IMG/VR virus record: IMGVR_UViG_2894787282_000001
Coordinates: 1-64,000 of that record
DNA from: a virus
Taxonomy: Duplodnaviria; Caudoviricetes
Strand: one strand, 5' to 3'
DNA length: 64,000 nucleotides
Positions 1 to 10,000 of the stretch are shown piece after piece (position 1 is the stretch's first letter; the number at the start of each line of letters is the position of its first letter). A model generated the notes under the pieces. That model was not told the origin of the DNA. It worked only from the letters and a program-made list of their open reading frames with translations, and did not search any database. The position numbers were made by a program, and so were the translations under genes.

Positions 1-474
1 CTAGATAGGGCTATCGGACAGCACGGAACAACCTACCAGCGCGTTGAAAATTCCATTGAGCATCGTCAGCCGCGCACGGATGGACTGACGTGTTAGGCCT
101 CTAGACTCCAATTCACTCAGGAACTCCTCCATAACCTGCGGTGTCAATTGCTGTGGCTTGACCAATCCCATTTCATTGGCCTTACAGAACAACTCACACC
201 AGACGGTCGAGGCTAAATGAGACCTTGCAGCTGTACGCTCTGGTACAGATGCTTTCCAACGGAAGAATGCATTCACCCAATGCGCCCATGCGAGTTCCGT
301 GGTGGGCCTGATGACTATAGGGGCGTCTTCATAAGTACTGGGTGGGGCAATGTTGGGTTGCTCATGATGCCCTTTATTCCTATCCGCAGTTGGGTTGCTT
401 TGGCCAAATTTAAGTGCGATACGGTCGGACCTTGGTTCGCGCAGAGTGCAGAGGAGATAGTGAAGATTTTGCAT
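1..474 (-). CDS. Integrase N-terminal (core-binding/SAM-like) domain protein, no catalytic domain; paralog of 873..1349
   Basis: 157 aa; C-terminal 'LTPQVMEEFLSELESRGLTRQSIRARLTMLNGIFNALV...DSP' resembles tyrosine-recombinase core-binding helices; AGGA SD upstream. Confidence 0.6.
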   Translation of the reverse strand: MQNLHYLLCTLREPRSDRIALKFGQSNPTADRNKGHHEQPNIAPPSTYEDAPIVIRPTTELAWAHWVNAFFRWKASVPERTAARSHLASTVWCELFCKANEMGLVKPQQLTPQVMEEFLSELESRGLTRQSIRARLTMLNGIFNALVGCSVLSDSPI

Positions 475-619
475 TTTGAAATTCCTAATTGATAGTGGAA
501 TCCAGTGTAAAAACGCCGGTTCTTTAAGCTCCGAAATGCGCCTTTAGATTGCGCCGCTAAAGGCGACGCGACCAGCACGACCAAAAAAAAGGCCCGGCCG
601 CGAAATGACGACCGAGCCC
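470..619 (-). repeat. ~150-bp direct repeat copy 1 (terminator, putative promoter and RBS)
   Basis: Shares TGCATTTTGAAATTCCTAA, TAGTGGAAT, GTGTAA, TTCTTTAAG, CTTTAGATTGC and the AAAAAAGGCCC..GCCC hairpin with 1345-1492. Confidence 0.85.
583..619 (-). terminator. Rho-independent terminator
   Basis: Minus strand GGGCTCGGTCG..CGGCCGGGCC followed by T8. Confidence 0.7.
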
Positions 620-872
620 TATGGTCTGCAGTACTCGTTGTACGGCATCCTTATCCGACTGCTGGTACCCGACGCGTCTTCTGTTCTGCCTTCTTGGCCG
701 ACGCTCTGATGGGGCAATCATTTTTGCGAGTGCCCCATCAGCACGCCAAAGAGTGAGCAAGTGATTGCCGGCGAGCCCAAACAGCCTACGCAAAGGATTC
801 AGTTGGATGGGGCTCACCGAGATGGGTACACCTTCGATTTACATCGGTAGTTGTGGACGTCCTTTGTCTAAA

Positions 873-1349
873 TCAAACTCTGGATAATTTTTTCATCACA
901 CCCAACTTCACAAGCGTGCTGAAAATTTCCCGGAGTACAGCCATCCGTATGCGTATGGATTCGTGACCCAAGTCTCGTTGGTGCAGATACCATGAAAATC
1001 GCTTCAAGACCTTTCGATTGACTTGGCGCAGCGATTCAATACCATCCAATCGAGCCAAGCCGTAGAACTCGCCCCAAACAGTGGTGGCGATGTGTTCGCT
1101 CTCATCTGAACGCGCGGTCGCCAATGTCTGCCACAACAGTAATGCCGTCGTCCATTCGGCCCGCATTGAGTCAGTACCAACCCAATCGAGCAACTCTTGA
1201 TGGTCAGCGTCGCCCGCTTGCGCAAAGGCATGAGCCTCTCCAGGCGCATTCGAATCATGCTGGTCGCGAGTTGACACCTCATCTTTGCTGGTGGCCGCGA
1301 ATGGGGTGGAATGGTGCTGGGCGGTAGAAGAAGACTGAATACTGTGCAT
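873..1349 (-). CDS. Integrase N-terminal (core-binding/SAM-like) domain protein, paralog of 1..474
   Basis: 158 aa; 'HIATTVWGEF...QVNRKVLKRFSWYLHQRDLGHESIRIRMAVLREIFSTLV' aligns by eye with 'HLASTVWCEL...SIRARLTMLNGIFNALV'. Confidence 0.6.
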   Translation of the reverse strand: MHSIQSSSTAQHHSTPFAATSKDEVSTRDQHDSNAPGEAHAFAQAGDADHQELLDWVGTDSMRAEWTTALLLWQTLATARSDESEHIATTVWGEFYGLARLDGIESLRQVNRKVLKRFSWYLHQRDLGHESIRIRMAVLREIFSTLVKLGVMKKLSRV

Positions 1350-1492
1350 TTTGAAATTCCTAAGTTAGTGGAATTCCGTGTAAGGACCCAGTTTCTTTAA
1401 GGTCCAAAATCCGACTTTAGATTGCACCGTTGACGTTCGCGCGACCCGCACCGGCGTAAAAAAGGCCCAGTCGCACAATGGCAACCGGGCCC
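1345..1492 (-). repeat. ~150-bp direct repeat copy 2 (includes the integrase terminator)
   Basis: See copy 1; hairpin plus T6 at 1458-1492 lies just after the integrase stop. Confidence 0.85.
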
Positions 1493-1513
1493 ACAGCTCA
1501 TCAGAGCAAAGCG

Positions 1514-3340
1514 TTAGCCTTGCGCCTTTTCGGCTTTTTTGGCCTTCTTGGCCTTCCTGGGGTACCTGACATTACCCTTGCCCGGCAACCACGGTTGAGC
1601 GGGAATGGGGTAAAACTTGATTTTCGCGAACTCCGTGGTCAACACGTCCAAGGGAACGTCTTCAATTCCGTAACCGTCAGTGACGGTTCCCAGACCGCTT
1701 GCGTGACCCAACACGCGTTGCAGGTACATTGCATCGACATTCGCCCGGGTCATGGCATCCTTCATCGTGTGGCGGAACGAATAAAGCACTTTCTTTGGGT
1801 TGTTAATGCCGAGCATGTCTCTTTTGTAACGACCAAAAAATTTAGAGAACGCACCCGACAATTTGTCATGCCAGTCGTGTGTCAGGCTTGGGAATAGAGA
1901 CTGCTGACCGCTGCGTCGGACGTGCTCAATGTATCGCAGGAGCCCCAGCTGCATCAGTTCGGGGGCAACCGGCACACGGCGGATGGAATCTCCGTTTTTG
2001 AGCAATCGACTGTGGGACTGGGTCTCATCGCCTTGAGTCGGTTTGGACTTATGCGTGGGTTTGGATTTCGGCTTTTCTTTGGATATGACGTTTTCTTCAT
2101 CATCAAACAAGTCATCGTCCTCTGACGGGCGGTCAATCAAATTCATATACCAGCCGTACTTTGGGTCCTGGACCACATCGGACAATGCAAGACCGGCAAT
2201 TTCTTCCGTCCGTGCTCCGGTGTAGTACATCAGAATAGGAATCCAATAACTCGCCTCCTTTGACTGCCCTTGCGAGCGCAGCTGTTGTTCATTGAAGACG
2301 CAAGAAGAGAAGATGTTGGTCAGGTCATCCTGGTCAAACGGCTGGCGCTTGTCGCGTCGCTTCACGAAGCTGTTTTCTTTCAATCCGAGGGTGTCCGCTG
2401 CCGGGTTGTGAGACATGATGCCTTTGCCCTTGAGCACTTTAAAAAGCGCTTTGACCTTTGCCAAGCGCTCGTTGAGCGTCACAACGGCCAGGCCACGAGC
2501 CGCCATTTGGTCGACAAACAGACGCATCAGGTCGGGAGTGACCTCCTCGGGACATTGAATGCCATGCTCGGCGCCCAGGCGTTTGACCTCCAAATAGGGG
2601 GTTTGCGTGGCGATGGCGGTGCTTTTCGGTCGCCCTGGCACGTAGTCCCGCCAGACCACAAATGCTGCATCCCAGCTGATTTTCTTGGCCTCGACTGCGG
2701 CCTGAGCTTCGACCAAGTCTCGCGGAGCCAAAGTTTCAGGCGCAACTTTGTCGGTCTGGACCACATCACCGCGTTGACGCTGCAGTTGAAAATCCAGCGC
2801 AGTGCAGACAGCCGTCAGAAACACGCCGCCGGCGCGTTTGGACTCCTCGGGCGACATTTCGACTTCCAGCCCGCAGAGGTGGATAAACGAATGCATGGCC
2901 GGCAGAATTTTGTCCGAACGCCGCATGGCCAGCATGCGCCCGAGCTCGGCGCGCTGCTCAGTCATGTTGAAGCCCTTCTCCTCGAATTCCTCCTCGGAGT
3001 CGTGCTCGCGGTAATGCTCATCGGTAGCAAGAACCTGATGGACCCAGTAATCCGCCAGCGACTTGAGCATCTCATCAGACATCTTGTCGAAACGTTTGAC
3101 CGAGCGCTCGTCTCTTTTTTTCTTGAGGTCTTTGCGGTGCTGCTCAAATTCAGCCTTGATGCGTGTGCGCGCAATGTCTTTAAGGTCATTGGCGATACGA
3201 AGGTCGCAGGTACCTAGACATACCACTTCGTGGGTCTTTTTGGGCGGATAGGCCGACAGGATGTCTTTGGGGATGCGGAGACGCAGATAAATGCTGCCGA
3301 ATTTGCCTCGCGAATAGAGGTTTGGAGAGATTTGTTTCAT
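1514..3340 (-). CDS. int: Tyrosine recombinase/integrase of a genomic island (DUF6538-like N-terminus)
   Basis: Catalytic motifs 'YTGARTEEI' (R), 'LKN' (K), 'YSFRHT' (H/Y-x-x-R), 'LGHA' and 'TDGYG' (Y); adjacent to the tRNA 3' end. Confidence 0.92.
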   Translation of the reverse strand: MKQISPNLYSRGKFGSIYLRLRIPKDILSAYPPKKTHEVVCLGTCDLRIANDLKDIARTRIKAEFEQHRKDLKKKRDERSVKRFDKMSDEMLKSLADYWVHQVLATDEHYREHDSEEEFEEKGFNMTEQRAELGRMLAMRRSDKILPAMHSFIHLCGLEVEMSPEESKRAGGVFLTAVCTALDFQLQRQRGDVVQTDKVAPETLAPRDLVEAQAAVEAKKISWDAAFVVWRDYVPGRPKSTAIATQTPYLEVKRLGAEHGIQCPEEVTPDLMRLFVDQMAARGLAVVTLNERLAKVKALFKVLKGKGIMSHNPAADTLGLKENSFVKRRDKRQPFDQDDLTNIFSSCVFNEQQLRSQGQSKEASYWIPILMYYTGARTEEIAGLALSDVVQDPKYGWYMNLIDRPSEDDDLFDDEENVISKEKPKSKPTHKSKPTQGDETQSHSRLLKNGDSIRRVPVAPELMQLGLLRYIEHVRRSGQQSLFPSLTHDWHDKLSGAFSKFFGRYKRDMLGINNPKKVLYSFRHTMKDAMTRANVDAMYLQRVLGHASGLGTVTDGYGIEDVPLDVLTTEFAKIKFYPIPAQPWLPGKGNVRYPRKAKKAKKAEKAQG

Positions 3341-3401
3341 GTAGCTTGTATCACTGTTGTGTGTAACAAGCTGTGTAACAACCAGACTTTAAATCTGGCC
3401 C

Positions 3402-3533
3402 GAAACCCTTGATTTATAAGGAAATCAAGGACTTACGGCATGAAAATGAAAGATGGGGTGGCTGATGGGGCTCGAACCCACGACAACAGGAATCACAATG
3501 CGTGTTTCAAGTCAATCAAATCAACGACTTACG
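3402..3533. promoter_or_regulatory. IHF-consensus sites flanking the att core
   Basis: AATCAAGGACTTA (3423-3435) and AATCAACGACTTA (3519-3531) match WATCAANNNNTTR; an inverted near-match lies at 3402-3414. Confidence 0.65.
3454..3499 (-). pseudogene. 3' half of tRNA-His(GUG), the att core left by prophage integration
   Basis: Minus strand ATTGTGATTCCTGTTGTCGTGGGTTCGAGCCCCATCAGCCACCCCA has the anticodon loop, T-arm and CCA; the 5' half is replaced by phage DNA. Confidence 0.9.
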
Positions 3534-3660
3534 CAGCTTTCTGCTACAAAACATACTCTAATACTATCTGAGACTGTCTAATAGTCTCGTTCTAACGTAG
3601 CTTCATTCTGTGCGGCACGCACTCTCACGTTATCGAGCCTTTGGCCATGCAGCTGGATTT

Positions 3661-4026
3661 TCAGGACAGGAACCTCAGCTTGTAGATCGTCGCATCGCAC
3701 AAATGCAGCACCTCGTCGATCAGATTCTGCAGCTCACTGGCCTCGCCACAGTCCTTGCGGTGCGCGTCAACCCAGGCCCGCAGCTCCGTCGGCACGCTGA
3801 CCGGCTTGCTACGGTCGCCGACACGAACCGGTGCCACCGGATACTTCAGGATGCCGTAGCGACCCTGCGCCGCCTCGGCGTAGTCATCGGCCAGACCAAG
3901 GATCTCGTCATAGAAGTCGTTGAGCGCCTTGTGCTCAGCGTATGAGTTCGTCATCAGATGCGCGAAGTGCGCCTCCGTACGGGCCTGGAAACAACGAGCT
4001 ACCAGCTCGGCACATTTTTCACTCAT
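3661..4026 (-). CDS. Ferritin-like four-helix protein (DUF5856-like)
   Basis: 'AHFAHLMTNSYAEHKALNDFYDEI...E...LQNLIDE...YKLRFL' pattern of phage ferritin/Dps-like proteins. Confidence 0.7.
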   Translation of the reverse strand: MSEKCAELVARCFQARTEAHFAHLMTNSYAEHKALNDFYDEILGLADDYAEAAQGRYGILKYPVAPVRVGDRSKPVSVPTELRAWVDAHRKDCGEASELQNLIDEVLHLCDATIYKLRFLS

Positions 4027-7000
4027 CAGTCTTCTCCTTGCATTTCAACCATTGCGCCACCCTTCATCGTGTTCCACACGTTGGCCCCGGGCAGCGCGTT
4101 GATGGCACTGTCCAGCGGGCTCTTGTCGAACATCTGCGTGAGCTGCTCGACTGCCGGGCCACCGAGGCCCAGGAACGAGCGGTTCGGGCCGAGCACGTCG
4201 GCACCCGGCTGGAACTTGCCCATCAGCCCGGCACGCATGGCGCCGTGCTCAATCTCGCTGCCAAGCCCTGCGCGCATCCAGCCCGGTTCGTCACCACCCG
4301 TCAGCAGCACACCCTTGAGTGCGTCCGTGGCGATCATCACCGGGGTGTAGGCCATCAGCAGCGTGCCCACCGGACCCATGTCGCCGTACTTTTTGTAGTC
4401 GTGCACAGCCCGCTTCATGATCACGTCGTGGAACGTGTACGCGAACTGTTTCATGTGCCAGAACACCATGTAGTGCGGGTCTGAGCCCCAGGCCGGGCGC
4501 TGCGCCGCGTTGGGCCGCATGATCGCACCGTTGACCCACTGGTGGATCGCCTGCTGAATCTTCGGGTCGGTGTAGTCCAGCTCGCCGGTCTTGGCATCAA
4601 CCACCACGTCCTTGGCCGTCAGATTCAACTCCTTGAGGAACGACACGCTGTTGTCGTTGGGCTGCGTGGCGTGGCGCTTGATGAAGTTGATCGCAGCCCG
4701 CGTGGCGCTGACCTGCATGCCCCGGTTGAACCCCTCCATGCCGTTGTACTTGAACAGCACGTCGTTGGCCTTGCGGAACTTGTCGCCCATGTACTGGCTG
4801 CTGTAGAGCTGCCCGAACGCGGCCAGAAAGCCGTTGGCGTCGGTCGTGCCCACTTGGTCTGCGATCTGGGCGTCGAGGTCTTTGATCGGGTCGCCCTTGA
4901 TGCTGGCGATCACCTCGCGGATGCCGCGCTTGTAGCTCGTCCAGGCGTCGGCCATCGTGCCGCCGCGCACCACGATGCCCAGCGGGTCGATGAACTGGCT
5001 GAACAGGCTCGTCGACAGCAGCCGCATGTTCTCGTACACCAGCAGGCTGTTCTGGAACCGGCGCATGCCGGGCTTGATGTCGTAGCCCAGCGTACCTTCG
5101 AGCGCCATCACGTCGGTGGCTGCACCCTTGGCTACCTTGAGTGCTTTGGCCTTCGCCTCGTCGGACGACATGCCTTTGGCGACGAGCCGCTTGACGTTGT
5201 TGTCGTGCGCGTCCTTGAGCATGGTCTGCAGCTTCTCGCCACCGTTGCCGAACCGGCGCACGTACTCCGCGCGCTTGATGCCCTGCGCGATGTAGCTGGT
5301 CATGACCTTGGCCACATCCTTCTCACCCCACTTCTCCAGCACCTCGGGCGCCAGCCAATGCAGCGTACGCCGGTTCACCGCCTGCATGACCGGGCTGAAG
5401 CCAACGGCACTGCTGTTCTCGTCCAGCTCCGAGCCGAAGCTGTTGATCAGCCGGTTCGTGATGCCGCGTGCGATGTCGTCCGGGGTGGTGGGTGTGAAGT
5501 CCGTGGCGCCGCTCTTGGTCAGCAGCTCGTTCTGCTCAGCTGCGATCTTGCTCAGCTCGGCGTTGTTGTGGGTCAGCAGGTCGGCCACGAAGGCATCGGG
5601 GTTCGTCACCATCGCAGCCGTGTTGTAGGCGCGCGGGAAATACTTCTCGTCGATCTTGCCCATCGGCACCCACTCGCCTTTTCCCGGCACCACCGGGTCA
5701 GCTTCCCAGCGCATCACACCGGCGTCCTTGAGGTACTGGTGCATGCGTGGCAGGATGCCGTCAGGACCAGTGAGCTTGGCCACGATGTCTTTGACCACCG
5801 GGTCGGTGGGCTTCTTGCCGGTGTGCAGGTACTTCGCAGCCAGCGCCAGGTCGGCAGGCTTGTAGTCCTCACCGTTGGCATCTTGGAACGCCTTGAACAG
5901 CTCGTTGCTCTTCTGCTTCATCAGGTGGTCCTTGGCGTCGAGGTAACCCTGTGCGCCGTCCTCACCCACACTGCGTTTGAACAGGCGACGGATGTCGTGG
6001 TACTCCTTGATGCCCTGGCGCTCAAGGTTCGTCTCGGCGGTGTTGACCAGGCGGCTTGCCTTCTCCAGCACCGGCTTGAACGCGGTGTTGACACTCTCGT
6101 ACATGTGCTGGCGCGCCGTCACGCTGTTGGCCAGCACGCGGGCCGCAGCGTCGGCGTCCTGCATGTGGCCAGCGTCGAACGAGCGCAGCAGCAGGTCGGC
6201 ACGTTCGTCGTCGTTCATGAGCCCTGCGACACGACGCAGCACGCGGGCGATCTTCTGGAACACGGTCTCAGTCTCAGGGCCGATCTTGAGCAGACCTGCC
6301 TGATGGAACTGGAACATGTAGGCCATGCGTTCTTCAGCTGCATGTGGTGCGCCGTCCTTGATCTGGGCCAATGCGCGGGTCTCGCCGTCCAGCAGACGCT
6401 GGAGCTGGCGCAGCACCGGCTGGCTGCTGGCGGCGCGGTCCAGAATCTTCACAGCAGCCTCGGCCTGCGGCTGGTCACGCAGACGGCTGAATAGCTCGTG
6501 GAAGGACTCATGTGCGCCGATCTGGCCGAGGTTGCGGGCGTACACCGAGGCTTGGATCAGCCCTTTCGTCCACTGACCGCTGATCGGCACCTGCTTGCCG
6601 CTCTTGGTCTTGCCCCACAGCTCTTCTTCCAGCACCGCTTTCATCTGCGGGCCGAGGCGTCGCAGGATGTCGGCGTGGAACTTGGCCTGTTCCTCCGCGC
6701 TCGGTGCTGGGGCTGTGCCGAAGGCACCGTGGGCGGGGTCGGCAGCCTGCTTGTTGAAGTGCACGTAGTTCGTGGTGATCTTGGCGTCGTCGTAGATCAC
6801 GTAGTTCGGGTGCGTGTCGTTCTTGCCCCCGGCTGCGGCGTACTTGTGGCCCAGGATGCCGCGGCTCTGGAGGTAGTCGGACACCTCGCCCGGATCACCG
6901 CCAGAAATGTCTTCGATGTAGTGATACAGCTTCTCACCAGTCGGGTCTTTGTATTCGTCGTACCCCTTCAGACGGGCCATTACTTCTGACAACGCCTTCT

Positions 7001-10000
7001 GCACCAGCGCACTCTGCTCACTCAGTGGCTTGTTCCAGTCCAGCAGTTGCTCGGGCTTGATGTCCACAGAAACTTCGTAGGTGGGGGATTTTGTGTCGTC
7101 GGTGCGAGCCTCTGCGATTGTCTTCAGGTGTGCGTCGCTTTTGCCAGATTTGATCCTCTGCACAATCTCATGCGAAATTTCATCGTCCACACTTGAGAGA
7201 AGACCTTTGATAGCGGCAGCTCGAACAGCTTCTATGCTCGCCCCTTTTGGAAGCCCGCGCACCGCCTCCACAATTTCCATCTCCCCTGAATACCCCGAGG
7301 TAATTTTAAAGGCCGCATCCGTCACGGCTTCTTCACCCCTGATCTTCGCCGTGAACTGACTCTTGTACCCCTTGTGAACACCGTCGCTCGTCGAGAGATA
7401 CGTCCCTGCACCGAAGGATGCGTGGCCCTCACCCTTGCCGATGTGGCTGCGCCAGTCGAACTTGCCCTCGTGGCGGATCGGGCTGTCGTGCGTCGCAGCG
7501 AAGCCCTCGCGTCCGAGGTCAGTGTGGATGCGTGTCGCCATGGCGTTGTACCTCGGCCCGCCATGCTCGGCGTGGTGGGCCTCCACCACAGCTTCGTTGG
7601 CTATCGCCTTGACGGCCTCGGCCTTGAGCAGCACAGCCTCGAAGCGCATGTCGTCGAGCTTGTCGAAGCGGTCTGAGTCGCTGTGTTCCACCTTGGCGGC
7701 TTCTTCCTTGAGCCGGGCTTCCTGCTTTGTGGCCCAGTCACGGATGGCTTCGAGCTGCTTGACGTTGTAGTCGTCAGGTGGGTTCTTGATGTAGTTCATC
7801 ATCTTCTTGACCACATCACCGAACTTCTGCGTCGGCGCAGCTACGGGCTTCGGAGCCTCGGGCTTTGCCGCAGCTTTCGTCACCTTCGTCGCTGCCTGCA
7901 TGGCGCCCAGCGACACAAGCGCTGCACGAGCCCGCTTGGCGAACGCCTCGATGTCTTTTGGCGCGCGGCCTGCGCCGCCCCAGATCGGGTTGTCAGCGGT
8001 CTTGGCCTCGACCATCACCTTGAGGTGGTCGAGTAGCGCTGCGCGGCGTTCGGGGCTGAGCTTGTGGGCCATCTCGTTGAACGCCGGTATGCCCTTGCGC
8101 AGAGCGTCGAGCAAAAATGCTGTGCGCTGAGCACGGGTCTCCTTGACAGCCGCAGCAGCGTCGGCCTTGGCAGCCAGTGCGTCGCGGTCGCTCTTGGCCG
8201 CTGCGGTCTCACGCTTGTCGGTATGCAGGGCCTCGCCCGTCAGCTCGTCGACGTTGCGCGGCTTGTTGTCGTGGCCGTCTTCGGCGCGGCTGCGCACGTT
8301 GGTGGTCTTGCCCATCTCGGAGATTTCCGTGGGCAGGCCGGTGTTCTTTGTTTCGGAGTAAGGCAGAGTCCGCTCGATGATCCAGTGGCCCGCGCGCTTC
8401 ACGACGCGGTCGCCTTTGTCCCGTGCATACTCCAGGGCGTCTTTCTTGGTGGCGAACTTCTCACCACGGTTGTTCGTGTCGATGGCCGTGGTGAGCGTCG
8501 CACGCTGGGTTTCTTTCGTGTCAGCACCGACGGGTTTGCGGCTCTCGCGCTCTTTCTCCTTGCGGTAGTCGCCCTCGCGGCGCAGCTGGTCAAGCTCGTC
8601 GAGGTCGGGCTTCTTGAGCGCCTGCTGCATGCGCTGCAGGTCCATCATGGCCCCCTTGTAGCCACGGTCGCTGCTGTCAGCCACACGCCCCTTGAGCTTC
8701 TCCAGCTGGCGCTTGGCCCAGGCCACCAGTTCGTCGTCACGCTGGGTCTTGGCCGCAGCCTTGGCCTGGGCGTAGGTCTGGCCAGTGCTGCTGTGCATGC
8801 GCAGGTTGTCGGGGAAGTCGTCGCCCTCGGCCAGCCAGACAATGTCGCTGTCTGCTGTGGGCTTGTACCCCACGCGCCCGGTCAGCACGGGCTCGCCCTT
8901 GCCGCTCTTGCCACTGAGGCTCTTGCCGTACTTGCCTGGGCCGGGTGCGTTGTACGACGCACTCAGCAGCGAGGCCAGGCCCTGGCGCAGCAGCGTGACC
9001 TGCCCGGCCAGCCCGTTGCTCTCGTCGACCTTGCCATCACCCTTGCGCGCCGTGGCCATGCGGCTCACGATGCGCCCGGTGCTGGTGGCGAAGGCCACCG
9101 TGCGTCCGTCGCTCAGCTCGCGCTCCAGCCAGATTCGCCCTTCCTTGACCGTGCCGTGCTCGCCGTCACTGCGCTCGGCCCACTCGTTGCCCATGATCTT
9201 GCCACCGGCTGACTCGCGGCCCAGGCTGGCCACCGTGGCGTCGGTGCCCTCACCCTTGCGGCCTGCAGTCTCCTTGAGCATGTACCAGTTCTTGTTGACG
9301 ACGTCCTCAGCACGCGGGGCTTTCTTGCCCTCGGCGATGTACTTGTCGGTGAGGGTGCGTATCTCTTTCTCGTGGCTCTGCAGGAAGCCAATGGCGTCGC
9401 CAATCAGGGCCTGGCTGTCGTTGCCGTGTTTCTCGCGCAGGTAGTCCATGTAGCCTATGCGCTTGACCTCACCGCCGCTCTTGGCCTGCAGGTCGGCGAT
9501 GCGCAGCGGCGCCTTCTCGTCGTGGTAGCCCAGCACCTCACCGGTCTCGGGGCTGGTCGAGAAGCCACCCACCTTGAACGGCTCCTTGGTGCGCGGGTTG
9601 TAGGCGTGGTAGCGCGTGTCGGCCTTGTCCTGGCTCGGGTCACGCGCGTTGGTCATCTGGTCGAGTTCCTCGAAGCTGTCGCCAGAGCCGTCGTCCTCAC
9701 CGTCAAGCACGCTGTCACCCTCGTCGTAGCCGGTGCGTGTGGCAGTGCCGCCCTGCTCGGTCTCTACCTCGGCGTCCTTCGGACGGGCCGCGTTGATCTT
9801 GGCCCACAGCGCGTCGATCGCCACACGGGCGCGCGGGCCGAACAACGCCTTGGCTTCAGCGGTGCTGACCTTGTCGCGCTGCAGCCGGTCCATCAGGTCT
9901 TCTGCGATGAGGTCGTGGTCCACGGCAGTCAGGCCCTTTGCCTTGGTGGGCACCAGCATGTCGTCGATGATCATGCCCGCTTGCTGGCGCGCCAGCTGTT

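Noticed and set aside
557-817. 86-aa minus-strand ORF between the paralogs
   Set aside because: It runs through the terminator hairpin and has no clear SD or motif.
3454-3530. Intact tRNA-His gene
   Set aside because: The D-arm, the 5' anticodon stem and the 5' acceptor strand are missing; it is only the att duplication.
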